Below are positions 51,751-62,764 of a stretch of DNA of 64,000 nt, in pieces (positions within the stretch are counted from its first letter, which is position 1; each line of letters opens with the position of its first letter). The stretch lies in the IMG/VR virus record IMGVR_UViG_2654587772_000002; one strand, given 5' to 3'. The DNA is from a virus. Lineage: Duplodnaviria; Heunggongvirae; Uroviricota; Caudoviricetes. A program made the translations under genes and the position numbers. The notes below the pieces were generated by a model, which had not been told where the DNA came from, made no database searches, and saw nothing but the letters and a program-made list of their open reading frames with translations.

Positions 51751-52563
51751 TCACTTTTCCGATGCAACACAGCGAGAAGAATCAGTAATCTGTCGAACAA
51801 TATCCCGGTGCTTGTTCAGCTCCCGCAGCGCGGCGCAGACACGCTCCCACTTCTGGACATGATTTTTCGCCCGACGCAGTTCGCGGTTTGCCATATGCAG
51901 CGATGGCAGAACGAGGTCATCCGCTCGCGTTTCGGTAAACGATGGCAACGACTGCACAATGTCCGCCACAGTTTCTGTTTTAATATCTTCCTGTGTTGCA
52001 GCTTCCTGTCCCGGTAACGCAACACCTGCTGGTTGAGGAAAGGCTTTACCATCAGTTTCCGTTACCGATGCAGCTTTCGGCTCTGCTGGTAAATTATCGC
52101 CCGGCATGCAGTAACGAAATTTACCGTTCTGATTAACGCGAATCAGACGACCTTTACTGATTGCCATTGCCAGCGTTGAAGCCACTTTGCGTGATGTGAT
52201 GCCGAAAAACGTAGCCAGTTCATCCGCCGTTTGTGGGCCACGTTGTTCAATCGTCGCAGTTAAATCGCACTCCGAAATTTTTGCGACTGTTGCCGTGGTG
52301 GTTTCTTCCGGCAGTTCTGCCTGCTCTGGCTGTTCCTGCTGAACGTTGTTATCAGCCACGCGCCAGGTGTATACGCTTTTATCAACGAAGCCAGCCTTTT
52401 TCAGTTCCCACAGCTCGTTCAGCACTTCTTCACGACTGATATCAAGTCGCGCAGCCAGTTCTACCGACGTAGCTTTCCCCATTGCTTTCAGTGCGTCAAA
52501 AACAGTCTCCATTAAATTTTTCTCCCGGTAAAAACTACTTCGCAATTCCTGGCTGGACGACAT
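51751..52563 (-). CDS. Hypothetical early-region protein with putative winged-helix segment
   Basis: 270-aa ORF downstream of the DnaC-like gene; acidic/Gln-rich linker. Confidence 0.45.
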   Translation of the reverse strand: MSSSQELRSSFYREKNLMETVFDALKAMGKATSVELAARLDISREEVLNELWELKKAGFVDKSVYTWRVADNNVQQEQPEQAELPEETTTATVAKISECDLTATIEQRGPQTADELATFFGITSRKVASTLAMAISKGRLIRVNQNGKFRYCMPGDNLPAEPKAASVTETDGKAFPQPAGVALPGQEAATQEDIKTETVADIVQSLPSFTETRADDLVLPSLHMANRELRRAKNHVQKWERVCAALRELNKHRDIVRQITDSSRCVASEK

Positions 52564-53281
52564 TCGGACGCCAGCTCTCCCAGTTAAAATTCACCCATCG
52601 CCCGCCGTTCATGGTCATGCGATCCATAATCCGCTCGCCGAGCAATGTTTTCATGGCCTCATAGTTCAGGTTTGTCAGCATTCCCACGCTACGCATCGAC
52701 GCTGTCCGTCGATCAATAATCTGGTGCAGTACCACCTGCTCGTTTTTCGTCTCGCGCTGAATGCCAATTTCATCAAGAACCAGCAGATCCACTTCGCACA
52801 GTTCCCGCAAAAATTTTTCGCCTGACTGCCCGTCGTCATAGCTGGCGTGGAGGGCACTCATAACATCAGCCACGGTAACCACAATCACTGTCTGACCGTC
52901 TTTCAGCAGGCGATTCCCGATAGCTGCCGCTAAGTGATTCTTCCCGGTACCAGGTTTTCCGCTGAACGCAAAATTTGTACACCCGGTCATCAGTTCATCA
53001 GCGATGGATTTCGCCTGACTCAACGCGTATCGCTGCCCTTCGTTCTGCACCTGGTAATTCGAAAACGAGCATTTGCGGTGCAATGGCTGGATGCCAGAGC
53101 GATTCAGAATTTTTTCCACCCGCAACTGACGATTCTGACGGTTGATCTCCTCACAACGTTTCTGGCCTTCGGAAAGTTGCCACTCGCGCCACTCCGCTAC
53201 CGTCTTGAATGGCGCGGTTACATGTGACGGGGCCAGTCTGCGGATACGTTCAAGAACGTCGCCTGTCGCAATATTTTTCAT
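52535..53281 (-). CDS. ydaV: DnaC-like replicative helicase loader (AAA+)
   Basis: Walker [16 protein letters not shown], Walker B LLVLDEIG; 248 aa. Confidence 0.8.
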   Translation of the reverse strand: MKNIATGDVLERIRRLAPSHVTAPFKTVAEWREWQLSEGQKRCEEINRQNRQLRVEKILNRSGIQPLHRKCSFSNYQVQNEGQRYALSQAKSIADELMTGCTNFAFSGKPGTGKNHLAAAIGNRLLKDGQTVIVVTVADVMSALHASYDDGQSGEKFLRELCEVDLLVLDEIGIQRETKNEQVVLHQIIDRRTASMRSVGMLTNLNYEAMKTLLGERIMDRMTMNGGRWVNFNWESWRPNVVQPGIAK

Positions 53282-53287
53282 GGTCAG

Positions 53288-54076
53288 TTACCCCCTGAAG
53301 CCTGGCGGGATCGCACTATCCGGTAACGAGACGGTGTTAACCTGTCGGAGTAACGTCTCAGGTCGAACACCTTTCGGCGCGAACAAGCCCTGGTATTCGT
53401 TGGCGATGCTGTGTCGAATCACCTGCTCAGGTGAAAAACCCTGCTGGCGGAATTTTTCCAGCTCCCGTATCGCCCCGTTAGCGCCCTGCTCCGTTCGAAT
53501 CGGTTTTCGCAATGCCTGCCTGAACTGAACCCACTCATGCCAGAGTGTTTCCGGCAACCAGTCAGGCAGCTCGATAGCCTCCGGTTCGAATTTTTTAGAC
53601 GCTCGTTTTTGGCGAGGGGGATTTAGGGGGAGATAAGTATTTATATCTTCCTCTTTCTCTTCCTCTGGTAACGCTTTTTGATCCGTTTTTGTAACGCTGG
53701 CAGCGTTACCTTTTCGTTTCAGTTCTCGTATTTTTGTTACTCTCTCGTTTGTAACCGCCCGTTTTTTAGAGCTTTTCCCGTTATGGCGCTCAAAGTTAGG
53801 AAGCGACAACACACCATTAGTTTCGACCAGCCATCCAACCTGAATTAACGCATCAGCAAAACCAGCCATAAAAGTGATGCGATCTATTGCACTTTTTGTA
53901 ACGCCGCGAGCGTTACACTCTGCGTTACCGTCTATCATTTGTTGATCCGCCCATGCCCAGAAGCGAATGACTTTCCCTAATGCGGCATCTGGATCAATAT
54001 TCAGAATCTCAGCAAGCCTGAATATTTCCGGCTTATCCGGCGTAATAACTTCGAGCTTTATCCAGTTTGAAGCCAT
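53288..54076 (-). CDS. ydaU: Replication initiation (O-like) protein
   Basis: 262 aa, position between ydaT-like and DnaC-like genes; Lys/Glu-rich linker. Confidence 0.65.
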   Translation of the reverse strand: MASNWIKLEVITPDKPEIFRLAEILNIDPDAALGKVIRFWAWADQQMIDGNAECNARGVTKSAIDRITFMAGFADALIQVGWLVETNGVLSLPNFERHNGKSSKKRAVTNERVTKIRELKRKGNAASVTKTDQKALPEEEKEEDINTYLPLNPPRQKRASKKFEPEAIELPDWLPETLWHEWVQFRQALRKPIRTEQGANGAIRELEKFRQQGFSPEQVIRHSIANEYQGLFAPKGVRPETLLRQVNTVSLPDSAIPPGFRG

Positions 54077-54153
54077 TTGTTTTCACCTTGTAACGCTCGC
54101 AGCGTTACATTTAACTGATACCGAACAAAACAGTTCGGTACGATTAATTTCAA

Positions 54154-54576
54154 TCAATGCACTACGACAGAATCGCTAGGAGAACCGCCGCCGCTGAAAT
54201 GCGCTTTCCGGTAAACGGCTTGGACTGCATCATCATGCGCATCAATTGCCGTACTTAACGCTTCCTGCGCCGCCAGTAATGCACGGCGTTCCAGGGTATC
54301 GAAGATGCAGAGTCGGTGACGCAGCTCGCGCGGAAGGATTGCCAGAATTGCTGGGATCAGCTTCTGAATTTTTTCCCTTTGCGCATTCGTTTCACCTTTC
54401 AACCAACGGTGATAGATATTCTGCTGATTGTTCCAGTCCTTGCCTGGAACCAGGGGCAATTCGCCGCCCCCCTGGCGCAGATATTCTTCAGTAATTGCAT
54501 TGGCTACCCATGCCTGCCTTTTTTCGGCTGCCAGGGCAAACAACACCGATTCGATGTGCTCATGCTTGATTTTCAT
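54154..54576 (-). CDS. ydaT: YdaT-like regulatory protein
   Basis: 140 aa, immediately downstream of the Cro-like gene, as in Rac. Confidence 0.65.
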   Translation of the reverse strand: MKIKHEHIESVLFALAAEKRQAWVANAITEEYLRQGGGELPLVPGKDWNNQQNIYHRWLKGETNAQREKIQKLIPAILAILPRELRHRLCIFDTLERRALLAAQEALSTAIDAHDDAVQAVYRKAHFSGGGSPSDSVVVH

Positions 54577-54598
54577 GAATCATTTGCCTCTTGATGTT

Positions 54599-54895
54599 TC
54601 AGGTATGATCAAATGAGGATTTGTTACTGTCATTTAGTTGCTTCACTGACATATTCTGCGAACAACATGCCGAACGTCGTAAATATGACCAGTCAATATC
54701 AGGACGAAGTTCTTCGCACAGCACCTCACCTCTTGTTGCACGTTCAATTGCTGGACATCTCTCGGCAGGCAATTGACGTACCCCTTTGATCCATTGATTT
54801 ACGCTTGGAGGTGATACACCTAAAAGCCTAGCCATTGCTGTTTGCCCACCGACAACAGCACAAGCTTGCTTGAATGAATAGTTCTCTTTTTTCAT
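54599..54895 (-). CDS. ydaS: Cro-like HTH regulator
   Basis: 98 aa, HTH (QTAMARLLGVSPPSVNQWIKG), divergent from the repressor gene. Confidence 0.75.
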   Translation of the reverse strand: MKKENYSFKQACAVVGGQTAMARLLGVSPPSVNQWIKGVRQLPAERCPAIERATRGEVLCEELRPDIDWSYLRRSACCSQNMSVKQLNDSNKSSFDHT

Positions 54896-54924
54896 CGAAT
54901 GAACTCCAAAAACACACAGAGATA

Positions 54925-54990
54925 TTAGGCGACGCCTAATACAAATGTCAATAGGCTATGCCTAATACAATGAGAGTAGGGATTGCCTAA
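54925..54990. promoter_or_regulatory. OR-like operator array: three TTAGGC-N3-GCCTAA-type palindromes between ydaS and racR
   Basis: ttaggcgacgcctaa (54925-54939), ataggctatgcctaa (54951-54965), gtagggattgcctaa (54976-54990); about 25-bp spacing. Confidence 0.6.
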
Positions 54991-55018
54991 TGCAATGAGC
55001 ATAGGAGAATATTAAGCA

Positions 55019-55495
55019 ATGCTTAGTGGTAAAGACTTAGGCCGAGCGATAGAGCAGGCCATTAACAAAAAAATCGCATCGGGATCCGTCAAATCAAAGG
55101 CGGAGGTCGCACGCCACTTCAAAGTCCAACCACCATCAATCTATGACTGGATTAAGAAAGGCTCCATAAGTAAAGATAAACTTCCAGAATTATGGCGTTT
55201 CTTTGCTGATGTTGTTGGTCCAGAGCATTGGGGGCTTAACGAATACCCCATACCAACCCCCACCAATCCAGATACAAAAAGTGAACTTTTAGATATAAAC
55301 AACCTTTATCAAGCAGCCTCTGATGAAATAAGAGCGATTGTAGCTTTCCTGTTATCTGGAAATGCTACAGAACCAGATTGGGTTGACCACGATGTTCGCG
55401 CCTACATAGCAGCGATGGAAATGAAAGTGGGTAAGTATCTGAAAGCTCTAGAATCTGAACGGAAAAGCCAGAACATCACAAAAACTGGAACTTAA
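55019..55495 (+). CDS. racR: Prophage repressor (CI-like)
   Basis: 158 aa, N-terminal HTH, divergent from the Cro-like gene and flanked by operator arrays. Confidence 0.75.
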   Translation: MLSGKDLGRAIEQAINKKIASGSVKSKAEVARHFKVQPPSIYDWIKKGSISKDKLPELWRFFADVVGPEHWGLNEYPIPTPTNPDTKSELLDINNLYQAASDEIRAIVAFLLSGNATEPDWVDHDVRAYIAAMEMKVGKYLKALESERKSQNITKTGT

Positions 55496-55572
55496 ACTTA
55501 TATGGTCTGACGGAAAACTCCTGGATTCCGTTATTTAACCCCCCCATCACTTTCTCCAGTCGCCATCACCTA

Positions 55573-55631
55573 TTAGGTTACGCTTAAAACATTAGGCATA
55601 GCCTATTGACAATCAATTAGGCATTACCTAT
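55573..55631. promoter_or_regulatory. OL-like operator array: three copies of the same palindrome downstream of racR
   Basis: ttaggttacgcttaa (55573-55587), ttaggcatagcctat (55592-55606), ttaggcattacctat (55617-55631). Confidence 0.55.
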
Positions 55632-55803
55632 AGTTCCAGCATACCACCCACCCCGCCCCACAGAACGCCAGGCAATACTTCGAGTTACCAGGTAGTGGTC
55701 AGGGGTTAAGTAGCCAGCCCGAGGCGTATGAACATGACGGCGGGATTCAAATTTTGCAGTGCAGCAGTTAGTTCCGCCACCCGGCGTTAAGGGGATAGAT
55801 AAG

Positions 55804-55938
55804 ATGGTGCATTACGAAGTAGTTCAGTATTTGATGGATTGTTGCGGTATCACTTACAACCAGGCTGTGCAGGCTTTACGCAGCAACGACTGGGATCTCT
55901 GGCAGGCAGAAGTCGCTATACGTAGCAACAAGATGTGA
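55804..55938 (+). CDS. ydaG: Small early-left protein (44 aa)
   Basis: MVHYEVVQYLMDCCGITYNQAVQALRSNDWDLWQAEVAIRSNKM; symbol from recalled Rac order and size. Confidence 0.45.
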   Translation: MVHYEVVQYLMDCCGITYNQAVQALRSNDWDLWQAEVAIRSNKM

Positions 55939-55948
55939 GATTCGCAAA

Positions 55949-56104
55949 ATGCAAAAAATCGACCTCGGCAACAACGAATCCCTGGTGTGCGGCGTGTTCC
56001 CCAACCAGGATGGAACGTTCACTGCCATGACGTATACCAAAAGCAAAACATTTAAAACCGAAACTGGTGCGCGCCGATGGTTGGAGAAGCACACAGTAAG
56101 CTAA
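55949..56104 (+). CDS. ydaF: Small early-left protein (51 aa)
   Basis: MQKIDLGNNESLVCGVFPNQDGTFTAMTYTKSKTFKTETGARRWLEKHTVS; overlaps sieB 3' end by 4 nt. Confidence 0.45.
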   Translation: MQKIDLGNNESLVCGVFPNQDGTFTAMTYTKSKTFKTETGARRWLEKHTVS

Positions 56105-56589
56105 CGATTAAAACGTCTACTCCTGCTGTTCCAGAATAACTTCATAAAATGGGAGTATTTTTCGGTGACGAGATAATAAGAACAGTTTGCGCTATCACTC
56201 TGATGTTGAATGATGCCCTTCCGTTCTAATTTTTTCATAACCGGGTTACGGCAAGGAGAAGTGATAATAAGATTTCCTGTTTTAAGGAAATCTTTAAATA
56301 CAGCGATTTCTTTCTCAGATAAACGAAGCAATACTCGTTGCTCTGGTAGTAATGAATAATGCTTTTGAATATGTGCTCGCAATCTTGAGAAGGAAATGGC
56401 GACCACGAAAGAAAAGGCAAAAACGATAATCTGAAAGAGCCAAGGTATTTCAGTATAAGCATTGAATGCGACAGTAAACTCTTTCGGTATCAGCCAGAGA
56501 GTGAGACCAAAAATGATAATCGTATACATAAGTCTTTCGAGTGGCTCGTTAGCAAAAAGTTTCAACAATGGAGTAAATACATCCAACAT
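56101..56589 (-). CDS. sieB: Superinfection exclusion protein B
   Basis: 162-aa product from internal start MLDVFTPLLKLFANEPLERLMYTIIIFGLTLWLIP with TM segments; antisense to the early-left operon. Confidence 0.8.
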   Translation of the reverse strand: MLDVFTPLLKLFANEPLERLMYTIIIFGLTLWLIPKEFTVAFNAYTEIPWLFQIIVFAFSFVVAISFSRLRAHIQKHYSLLPEQRVLLRLSEKEIAVFKDFLKTGNLIITSPCRNPVMKKLERKGIIQHQSDSANCSYYLVTEKYSHFMKLFWNSRSRRFNR

Positions 56590-57030
56590 ATCAATAACTC
56601 TCAACTGTAAGGGTATTGAAATGTTAACACAAGCTCTCGCTGTAGGGGTATAGCCGAGACCACCGAAGCCCGGAGGTGGTGAAATAAAACCGGGCACAAC
56701 ACGAAGGCGCATTTCCGATATCCATAAAGAGTCGGTCTTGTCTGTTAAATTTAAATGGTGGGAGTGCGCCTCCGGTTGTAAATAACGACATTGCTGTGTG
56801 TAGTCCTGGCGGCATCAGTTTTTTTCTTGAAGTTCGGCTGATGTCCGCCCTTTTTAAAGTGAATTTTGTGATGCGGTGAATGCGGCTAAGCGCACGTGGC
56901 ACAGTTAAAAGTCATGTTTGTCCTTATTGGTTTGGGTGGGAAAGCCGACTGTAATTGTTAACTGGTTGCAGTCACCTGGAGGCACCAGGCACCGCATCAA
57001 CAAAGTTCATTTGTAAAAATGGAGATAATT

Positions 57031-57252
57031 ATGATTGCACATCACTTCGGAACTGATGAAATACCACGTCAGTGTGTGACTCCTGGCGATTATGTTCTTC
57101 ATGAAGGCCGGACATATATTGCCTCGGCAAACAATATTAAAAAGCGAAAACTATATATTCGTAACCTGACCACAAAAACATGCATTACTGACCGCATGAT
57201 TAAAGTCTTCCTCGGTCGTGATGGTTTACCTGTAAAGGCGGAGTCATGGTGA
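57031..57252 (+). CDS. kilR: Cell-division inhibitor KilR
   Basis: 73-aa product [46 protein letters not shown]... as recalled for Rac KilR; ORF-track start 57019 adds 4 residues. Confidence 0.7.
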   Translation: MIAHHFGTDEIPRQCVTPGDYVLHEGRTYIASANNIKKRKLYIRNLTTKTCITDRMIKVFLGRDGLPVKAESW

Positions 57253-57422
57253 TGACTAAGAAAATAAAATGTGCTTACCACCTTTGCAAAAAAGACGTTG
57301 AAGAAAGCAAAGCTATTGAAAGAATGCTTCACTTCATGCACGGGATTTTATCAAAAGACGAACCGAGAAAATATTGCAGTGAAGCTTGTGCCGAAAAAGA
57401 CCAGATGGCACATGAACTTTAA
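57252..57422 (+). CDS. ydaE: Small Cys/His-rich protein YdaE-like
   Basis: 56 aa, start overlaps kilR stop (TGATG); C..H..C pattern. Confidence 0.55.
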   Translation: MTKKIKCAYHLCKKDVEESKAIERMLHFMHGILSKDEPRKYCSEACAEKDQMAHEL

Positions 57423-57496
57423 TTAATTGACTATTCGAAACTGAATTTATGCCAGAAATGGCAGGTATTCGCTCAACCTTAATTAAGGAGAAAAAC

Positions 57497-57772
57497 ATGA
57501 TTACCAATTATGAAGCCACTGTTGTAACTACCGATGACATTGTTCACGAGGTGAATCTGGAAGGAAAGCGCATTGGCTACGTAATTAAAACAGAAAATAA
57601 AGAAACCCCATTCACTGTGGTTGATATCGATGGTCCATCAGGCAACGTAAAAACACTTGATGAAGGTGTCAAAAAAATGTGCCTGGTGCATATCGGAAAG
57701 AATCTGCCCACAGAAAAAAAAGCCGAATTTCTGGCAACTCTAATTGCAATGAAATTAAAAGGTGAAATCTGA
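57497..57772 (+). CDS. racC: RacC-like protein
   Basis: 91-aa product from ATG at 57497 (MITNYEATVV...), between ydaE and recE. Confidence 0.55.
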   Translation: MITNYEATVVTTDDIVHEVNLEGKRIGYVIKTENKETPFTVVDIDGPSGNVKTLDEGVKKMCLVHIGKNLPTEKKAEFLATLIAMKLKGEI

Positions 57773-57873
57773 AAGAAATAGCCTGCGTATGGCGCAGGCT
57801 ATGAACAGTGTGTATCCGGCAAGATCATTCACTGAACAAAACGAATTTTAATCTGAGTTGAGGTTAAAAAACA

Positions 57874-60800
57874 ATGAGCACAAAACCACTCTTCCTGTTA
57901 CGGAAAGCGAAAAAATCATCCGGTGAACCTGACGTCGTCCTGTGGGCAAGCAACGATTTTGAATCGACCTGTGCCACTCTGGACTACCTGATCGTTAAGT
58001 CAGGTAAAAAACTGAGCAGCTATTTTAAAGCTGTTGCCACGAATTTTCCTGTCGTTAATGACCTGCCCGCTGAAGGTGAGATCGATTTTACCTGGAGTGA
58101 ACGCTATCAACTCAGCAAAGACTCCATGACATGGGAACTAAAACCGGGAGCAGCACCAGACAACGCTCACTATCAAGGCAATACCAACGTCAACGGCGAA
58201 GACATGACTGAGATTGAGGAGAATATGCTACTCCCAATTTCTGGCCAGGAACTGCCCATTCGTTGGCTTGCTCAACACGGTAGCGAAAAACCGGTAACGC
58301 ACGTTTCACGCGACGGACTCCAGGCATTACACATTGCTCGGGCTGAAGAACTACCGGCTGTTACTGCCCTGGCTGTTTCCCACAAAACCAGCCTGCTCGA
58401 CCCGCTGGAAATTCGCGAACTCCACAAACTGGTTCGTGACACTGACAAAGTTTTCCCTAATCCTGGTAATTCAAACCTGGGACTGATAACTGCTTTTTTC
58501 GAAGCATACCTGAACGCTGACTACACCGATCGAGGACTGCTGACAAAAGAGTGGATGAAGGGTAATCGTGTTTCACACATCACTCGCACGGCTTCCGGTG
58601 CTAATGCTGGCGGCGGAAACCTCACCGATCGCGGCGAAGGTTTCGTACACGATCTGACGTCACTGGCGCGCGACGTAGCCACTGGCGTACTGGCCCGTTC
58701 AATGGATCTGGACATCTATAACCTTCATCCGGCACACGCTAAACGCATTGAGGAAATTATCGCTGAAAATAAACCGCCCTTTTCTGTTTTCCGCGACAAA
58801 TTCATCACCATGCCTGGCGGGCTGGATTATTCCCGCGCCATCGTGGTTGCGTCCGTAAAAGAAGCACCAATTGGGATCGAGGTCATCCCCGCGCACGTCA
58901 CTGAATATCTGAACAAAGTACTGACTGAAACCGATCATGCCAACCCTGATCCGGAAATCGTGGATATTGCCTGCGGTCGCTCCTCTGCCCCGATGCCGCA
59001 GCGAGTAACAGAAGAAGGAAAACAGGATGATGAAGAAAAACCGCAACCATCTGGAACAACGGCAGTTGAACAGGGAGAGGCTGAAACAATGGAACCGGAC
59101 GCAACTGAACATCATCAGGACACGCAGCCGCTGGATGCTCAGTCACAGGTAAATTCTGTTGATGCGAAATATCAGGAACTGCGGGCAGAACTCCATGAAG
59201 CCCGGAAAAACATTCCATCAAAAAATCCTGTCGATGCCGATAAATTGCTTGCTGCATCACGTGGTGAATTTGTTGACGGAATTAGCGACCCAGACGATCC
59301 GAAATGGGTAAAGGGGATCCAGACTCGCGATTGTGTGTACCAGAACCAGCCAGAAACGGAAAAAACCAGCCCGGATATGAATCAACCTGAGCCAGTAGTG
59401 CAACAGGAACCGGAAATAGCCTGCAATGCCTGCGGCCAGACTGGCGGGGATAACTGCCCTGACTGTGGTGCGGTGATGGGCGACGCAACATACCAGGAAA
59501 CATTCGATGAAGAGAGTCAGGTTGAAGCTAAGGAAAATGATCCGGAGGAAATGGAAGGCGCTGAACATCCGCACAATGAGAATGCTGGCAGCGATCCGCA
59601 TCGTGATTGCAGTGATGAAACTGGTGAAGCGTCAGCTCCTGTAGCAACTGAAATCATGTGGCCGTCATATTTCGAGCCTGGCCGCTATGAAAACCTCCCG
59701 AACGAGGTTTATCACTCCGCCAACGGAATAAGCAGCACGATGCTGAAGGATGCCCGTATCAGCCTGATGTATTACCATGGACGGCACATTGCCGGAACTA
59801 TTCCGAACGAGGAAAGTGATGCACTGCTGCGTGGGCGGATCATTCACAGCTATGTTCTGGAAACGGATAAATTCGCTGATGAATATGCCATTCCGGTACC
59901 GGTTCCTGAATATGTGGTTACTACTTCTAACGAACTGATCGCCATCATTAAAAAACACAATGCCAGTCTGCCAGCACTGATGACACCAGAGCAGATGAAA
60001 GAGTGGATCGAAAGCTACAACAGCACTCTTATACAGCCACTGTCTGTAAGTGCCGGGGCCGAAGAAACAGGCATCCTTTACGGTTCGCTTCCGGTGGAAT
60101 TTCGGCGTATTCCTGAGGGGGAAAAACACACAGCATCAGCAATGAAAGCCTGTATTAAAGAATACAACGCAAGCCTCCCTCCTCTGTTGAAAACCAGTGG
60201 AGCACGGGAGCAGCTTCTGGATCAAATTGAAACTGTAGCCCCAGAACTAGCAAAAAAAGAACGTGCTAAATCTTTGCCTTACAACATCAGTGGCACAAAA
60301 GAGCAATTAACCGAAATCGCACGGCAAATTCGCCCGGAACTGGTGACTCTGGAGGACTGGCAAAAACGCCAGCAAGAAGAAAACGCCGGGAAAACGTTTA
60401 TCAGTCCGGATATGTATGAACAGGCAAAAAATATTCACGCGGCACTACAAAACAATACCGATGCAGCAAGGTTACTCAACCACCCGGATCGCAAATCTGA
60501 AATCAGCTATTTCGGGTTTGATGAAGAAACCGGGCTGGAAATCAGGGTCCGTCCTGATATCGAAATCCGGCTGCCATACGAAAGCATTTGCGCTGACGTG
60601 AAGTCAGTCAGCCTCGGTTATGTGCGACAGGAACGACTTAAAGATCGCCTGCACCGTGAAATTATTGAACGTGATTATCATCTCAGCGCCGCAATGTATT
60701 GCGATGTGGCAAACCTGGACAAATTTTTCTGGATCTTCGTCAACAAAGATGCTGGCTATCACTGGGTGGCAGTCGTGGAAGCCTCGCAGGAACTCCTGGA

Positions 60801-60945
60801 ACTTGGTCGACAGGAATATCGCCGGACGCTACGCCAGATAAACGAAGCCCTGGAGACAAACAACTGGCCAGCACCGATTACCGAAAGTTATACCGACGAA
60901 TTAAACGACTTTGATCTTCGTCGTCTTGAAGCACTGAGCATCTGA
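57874..60945 (+). CDS. recE: RecE-family 5'-3' exonuclease (exonuclease VIII-like), 1023 aa
   Basis: N-terminus [36 protein letters not shown] as recalled for RecE; acidic linker; C-terminal PD-(D/E)xK-like region (..[20 protein letters not shown]..). Confidence 0.8.
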   Translation: MSTKPLFLLRKAKKSSGEPDVVLWASNDFESTCATLDYLIVKSGKKLSSYFKAVATNFPVVNDLPAEGEIDFTWSERYQLSKDSMTWELKPGAAPDNAHYQGNTNVNGEDMTEIEENMLLPISGQELPIRWLAQHGSEKPVTHVSRDGLQALHIARAEELPAVTALAVSHKTSLLDPLEIRELHKLVRDTDKVFPNPGNSNLGLITAFFEAYLNADYTDRGLLTKEWMKGNRVSHITRTASGANAGGGNLTDRGEGFVHDLTSLARDVATGVLARSMDLDIYNLHPAHAKRIEEIIAENKPPFSVFRDKFITMPGGLDYSRAIVVASVKEAPIGIEVIPAHVTEYLNKVLTETDHANPDPEIVDIACGRSSAPMPQRVTEEGKQDDEEKPQPSGTTAVEQGEAETMEPDATEHHQDTQPLDAQSQVNSVDAKYQELRAELHEARKNIPSKNPVDADKLLAASRGEFVDGISDPDDPKWVKGIQTRDCVYQNQPETEKTSPDMNQPEPVVQQEPEIACNACGQTGGDNCPDCGAVMGDATYQETFDEESQVEAKENDPEEMEGAEHPHNENAGSDPHRDCSDETGEASAPVATEIMWPSYFEPGRYENLPNEVYHSANGISSTMLKDARISLMYYHGRHIAGTIPNEESDALLRGRIIHSYVLETDKFADEYAIPVPVPEYVVTTSNELIAIIKKHNASLPALMTPEQMKEWIESYNSTLIQPLSVSAGAEETGILYGSLPVEFRRIPEGEKHTASAMKACIKEYNASLPPLLKTSGAREQLLDQIETVAPELAKKERAKSLPYNISGTKEQLTEIARQIRPELVTLEDWQKRQQEENAGKTFISPDMYEQAKNIHAALQNNTDAARLLNHPDRKSEISYFGFDEETGLEIRVRPDIEIRLPYESICADVKSVSLGYVRQERLKDRLHREIIERDYHLSAAMYCDVANLDKFFWIFVNKDAGYHWVAVVEASQELLELGRQEYRRTLRQINEALETNNWPAPITESYTDELNDFDLRRLEALSI

Positions 60946-60956
60946 GGAAGGACACA

Positions 60957-62009
60957 ATGAACGAATTAACTCAACAAGAAAATATTAACTCTAATGTTGC
61001 GGTTTTCAGCCCTCAGTCCCTGGCTGCAATTCAGACATTTTCCCAGGTAATGGCTTCCGGCATGGCTACTGTACCGGAACACCTCCGGGGAAATCCATCA
61101 GACTGCATGGCCATCACCATGCAGGCGATGCAGTGGCAAATGAACCCTTACGCAGTAGCTCAGAAAACTTTCGTTGTGAATGGTGTGCTCGGATATGAAG
61201 CGCAACTGGTTAATGCCGTAATCAGTACTCGTGGGCCGCTAACCGGGCGTATTGAATATGACTGGTTCGGGCCGTGGGAAAAAATTATCGGGAAATTTGA
61301 AATCAGGAAGAGCGACAAAGGGAAAGAATATCGTGTACCTGGCTGGAAGCTGGCCGATGAAAACGGGATCGGTGTTCGTGTCCAGGCAACACTACGCGGC
61401 GAAAGTAAACCACGCGTACTGGAATTACTTCTGGCGCAGGCCAGAACACGTAACTCAACGCTATGGGCCGACGATCCTCGCCAGCAGCTTGCCTATCTGG
61501 CGCTGAAACGCTGGGCGCGCCTTTATTGCCCCGAAGTGATTCTTGGAGTGTACACCAGGGACGAACTGGACGAGCCACAGGAAAAAATCATTAATCCGGT
61601 TCAGGAACATAAAAACACTTCCGCTTGCCGCGCTGAACGTGAAACAACAATTATTGAGCAGGATGCCGGGGAAAACTGGATCGATGCTTTCCGTGAACGT
61701 ATTGAGCAGGCACAAAGCACCGGGGAAACAACAGCACTTCGCCAGGAAGTGGAAGATCATAAAAATACACTTGGCGCTCTCTATACGGAACTTAAAGGAA
61801 AAGTGGTTCAGCGTCATCACCGTCTCAATGCTATTGCCCGTATCGAGAAGATGATAAATGACCTACCTTCTTCAGGTGATCCAGAAGCAGAACAAAAATT
61901 TACTGCTCTGGAAAATACGCTGAATGCTGCCCGGCCACATCTGGGTGAATTATATGAGGCGTATAAAACGACACTGACAGATATGAAACCAGAATATATC
62001 GGCTCCTGA
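60957..62009 (+). CDS. recT: RecT/Red-beta-family single-strand annealing protein
   Basis: Position directly after exonuclease gene; conserved C-terminal pattern (..NSTLWADDPRQQLAYLALKRWARLYCPEV..). Confidence 0.7.
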   Translation: MNELTQQENINSNVAVFSPQSLAAIQTFSQVMASGMATVPEHLRGNPSDCMAITMQAMQWQMNPYAVAQKTFVVNGVLGYEAQLVNAVISTRGPLTGRIEYDWFGPWEKIIGKFEIRKSDKGKEYRVPGWKLADENGIGVRVQATLRGESKPRVLELLLAQARTRNSTLWADDPRQQLAYLALKRWARLYCPEVILGVYTRDELDEPQEKIINPVQEHKNTSACRAERETTIIEQDAGENWIDAFRERIEQAQSTGETTALRQEVEDHKNTLGALYTELKGKVVQRHHRLNAIARIEKMINDLPSSGDPEAEQKFTALENTLNAARPHLGELYEAYKTTLTDMKPEYIGS

Positions 62010-62072
62010 TATTGACTTTGGCGGTGTAGCCTCACCGCCATCACAAAATTTTATTTTATGAGAGAAAAGACA

Positions 62073-62267
62073 ATGCGGTATGAAAAAGTCAAACCATGCC
62101 CTTTTTGTGGTTGTCTATCAGTAACGGTAAAAGCCATTTCAGGATATTACCGCGCGAAGTGTAACGGATGCGAATCCCGAACCGGCTATGGTGGAAGTGA
62201 AAAAGAAGCACTCGAACGATGGAATAAACGAACCACTGGAAATAATAATGGAGGTGTTCATGTATAA
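62073..62267 (+). CDS. ralR: Restriction alleviation protein Lar/RalR
   Basis: 64 aa, MRY..VKPCPFCGC.SVTVKAISGYYRAKCNGCESRTGYGGSEKEALERWNKRT Cys4 motif. Confidence 0.8.
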   Translation: MRYEKVKPCPFCGCLSVTVKAISGYYRAKCNGCESRTGYGGSEKEALERWNKRTTGNNNGGVHV

Positions 62268-62448
62268 AATTACCGCCACTATTGAAAAGGAAGGTGGCAC
62301 TCCTACTAACTGGACAAGGTACTCAAAAACAAAATTAACCAAATCAGAATGCGAAAAAATGCTCTCAGGTAAAAAAGAAGCAGGCGGTTCCAGAGAGCAG
62401 AAAGTAAAACTGATAAATTTTAATTGCGAGAAACTTCAGTCGTCGTGA
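62260..62448 (+). CDS. ydaC: YdaC-like small protein
   Basis: 62-aa ORF from ATG at 62260 overlapping ralR 3' end. Confidence 0.45.
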   Translation: MYKITATIEKEGGTPTNWTRYSKTKLTKSECEKMLSGKKEAGGSREQKVKLINFNCEKLQSS

Positions 62449-62547
62449 ATTGCATTGTATTCAAATTAAAACTTCATAGCTGATTATTAATAATCAACAT
62501 CGGGCGTCAATTTCAGTCTAACATTGGCGCCTGCCAGAGGTGATGCG

Positions 62548-62763
62548 ATGGCACAAGTAATCTTTAATGAAGAGTGGATGGTTGAATACGGCCTGATGCT
62601 TCGCACTGGTCTGGGGGCCAGACAAATTGAAGCATACCGCCAGAACTGTTGGGTGGAAGGCTTCCACTTCAAACGAGTATCTCCTTTAGGGAAGCCAGAC
62701 AGTAAGCGAGGGATTATCTGGTACAACTATCCAAAGATAAATCAGTTTATCAAAGACTCATGA
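62548..62763 (+). CDS. xisR: Excisionase
   Basis: 71-aa basic protein immediately upstream of and abutting the integrase gene. Confidence 0.65.
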   Translation: MAQVIFNEEWMVEYGLMLRTGLGARQIEAYRQNCWVEGFHFKRVSPLGKPDSKRGIIWYNYPKINQFIKDS

Positions 62764-62764
62764 T

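Noticed and set aside
56624-56902. 92-aa minus-strand ORF upstream of sieB and in-frame N-terminal extension of sieB (to 56712)
   Set aside because: The recalled SieB starts at the internal Met (MLDVFTPLLK); the upstream frame is GC-rich with no start context.
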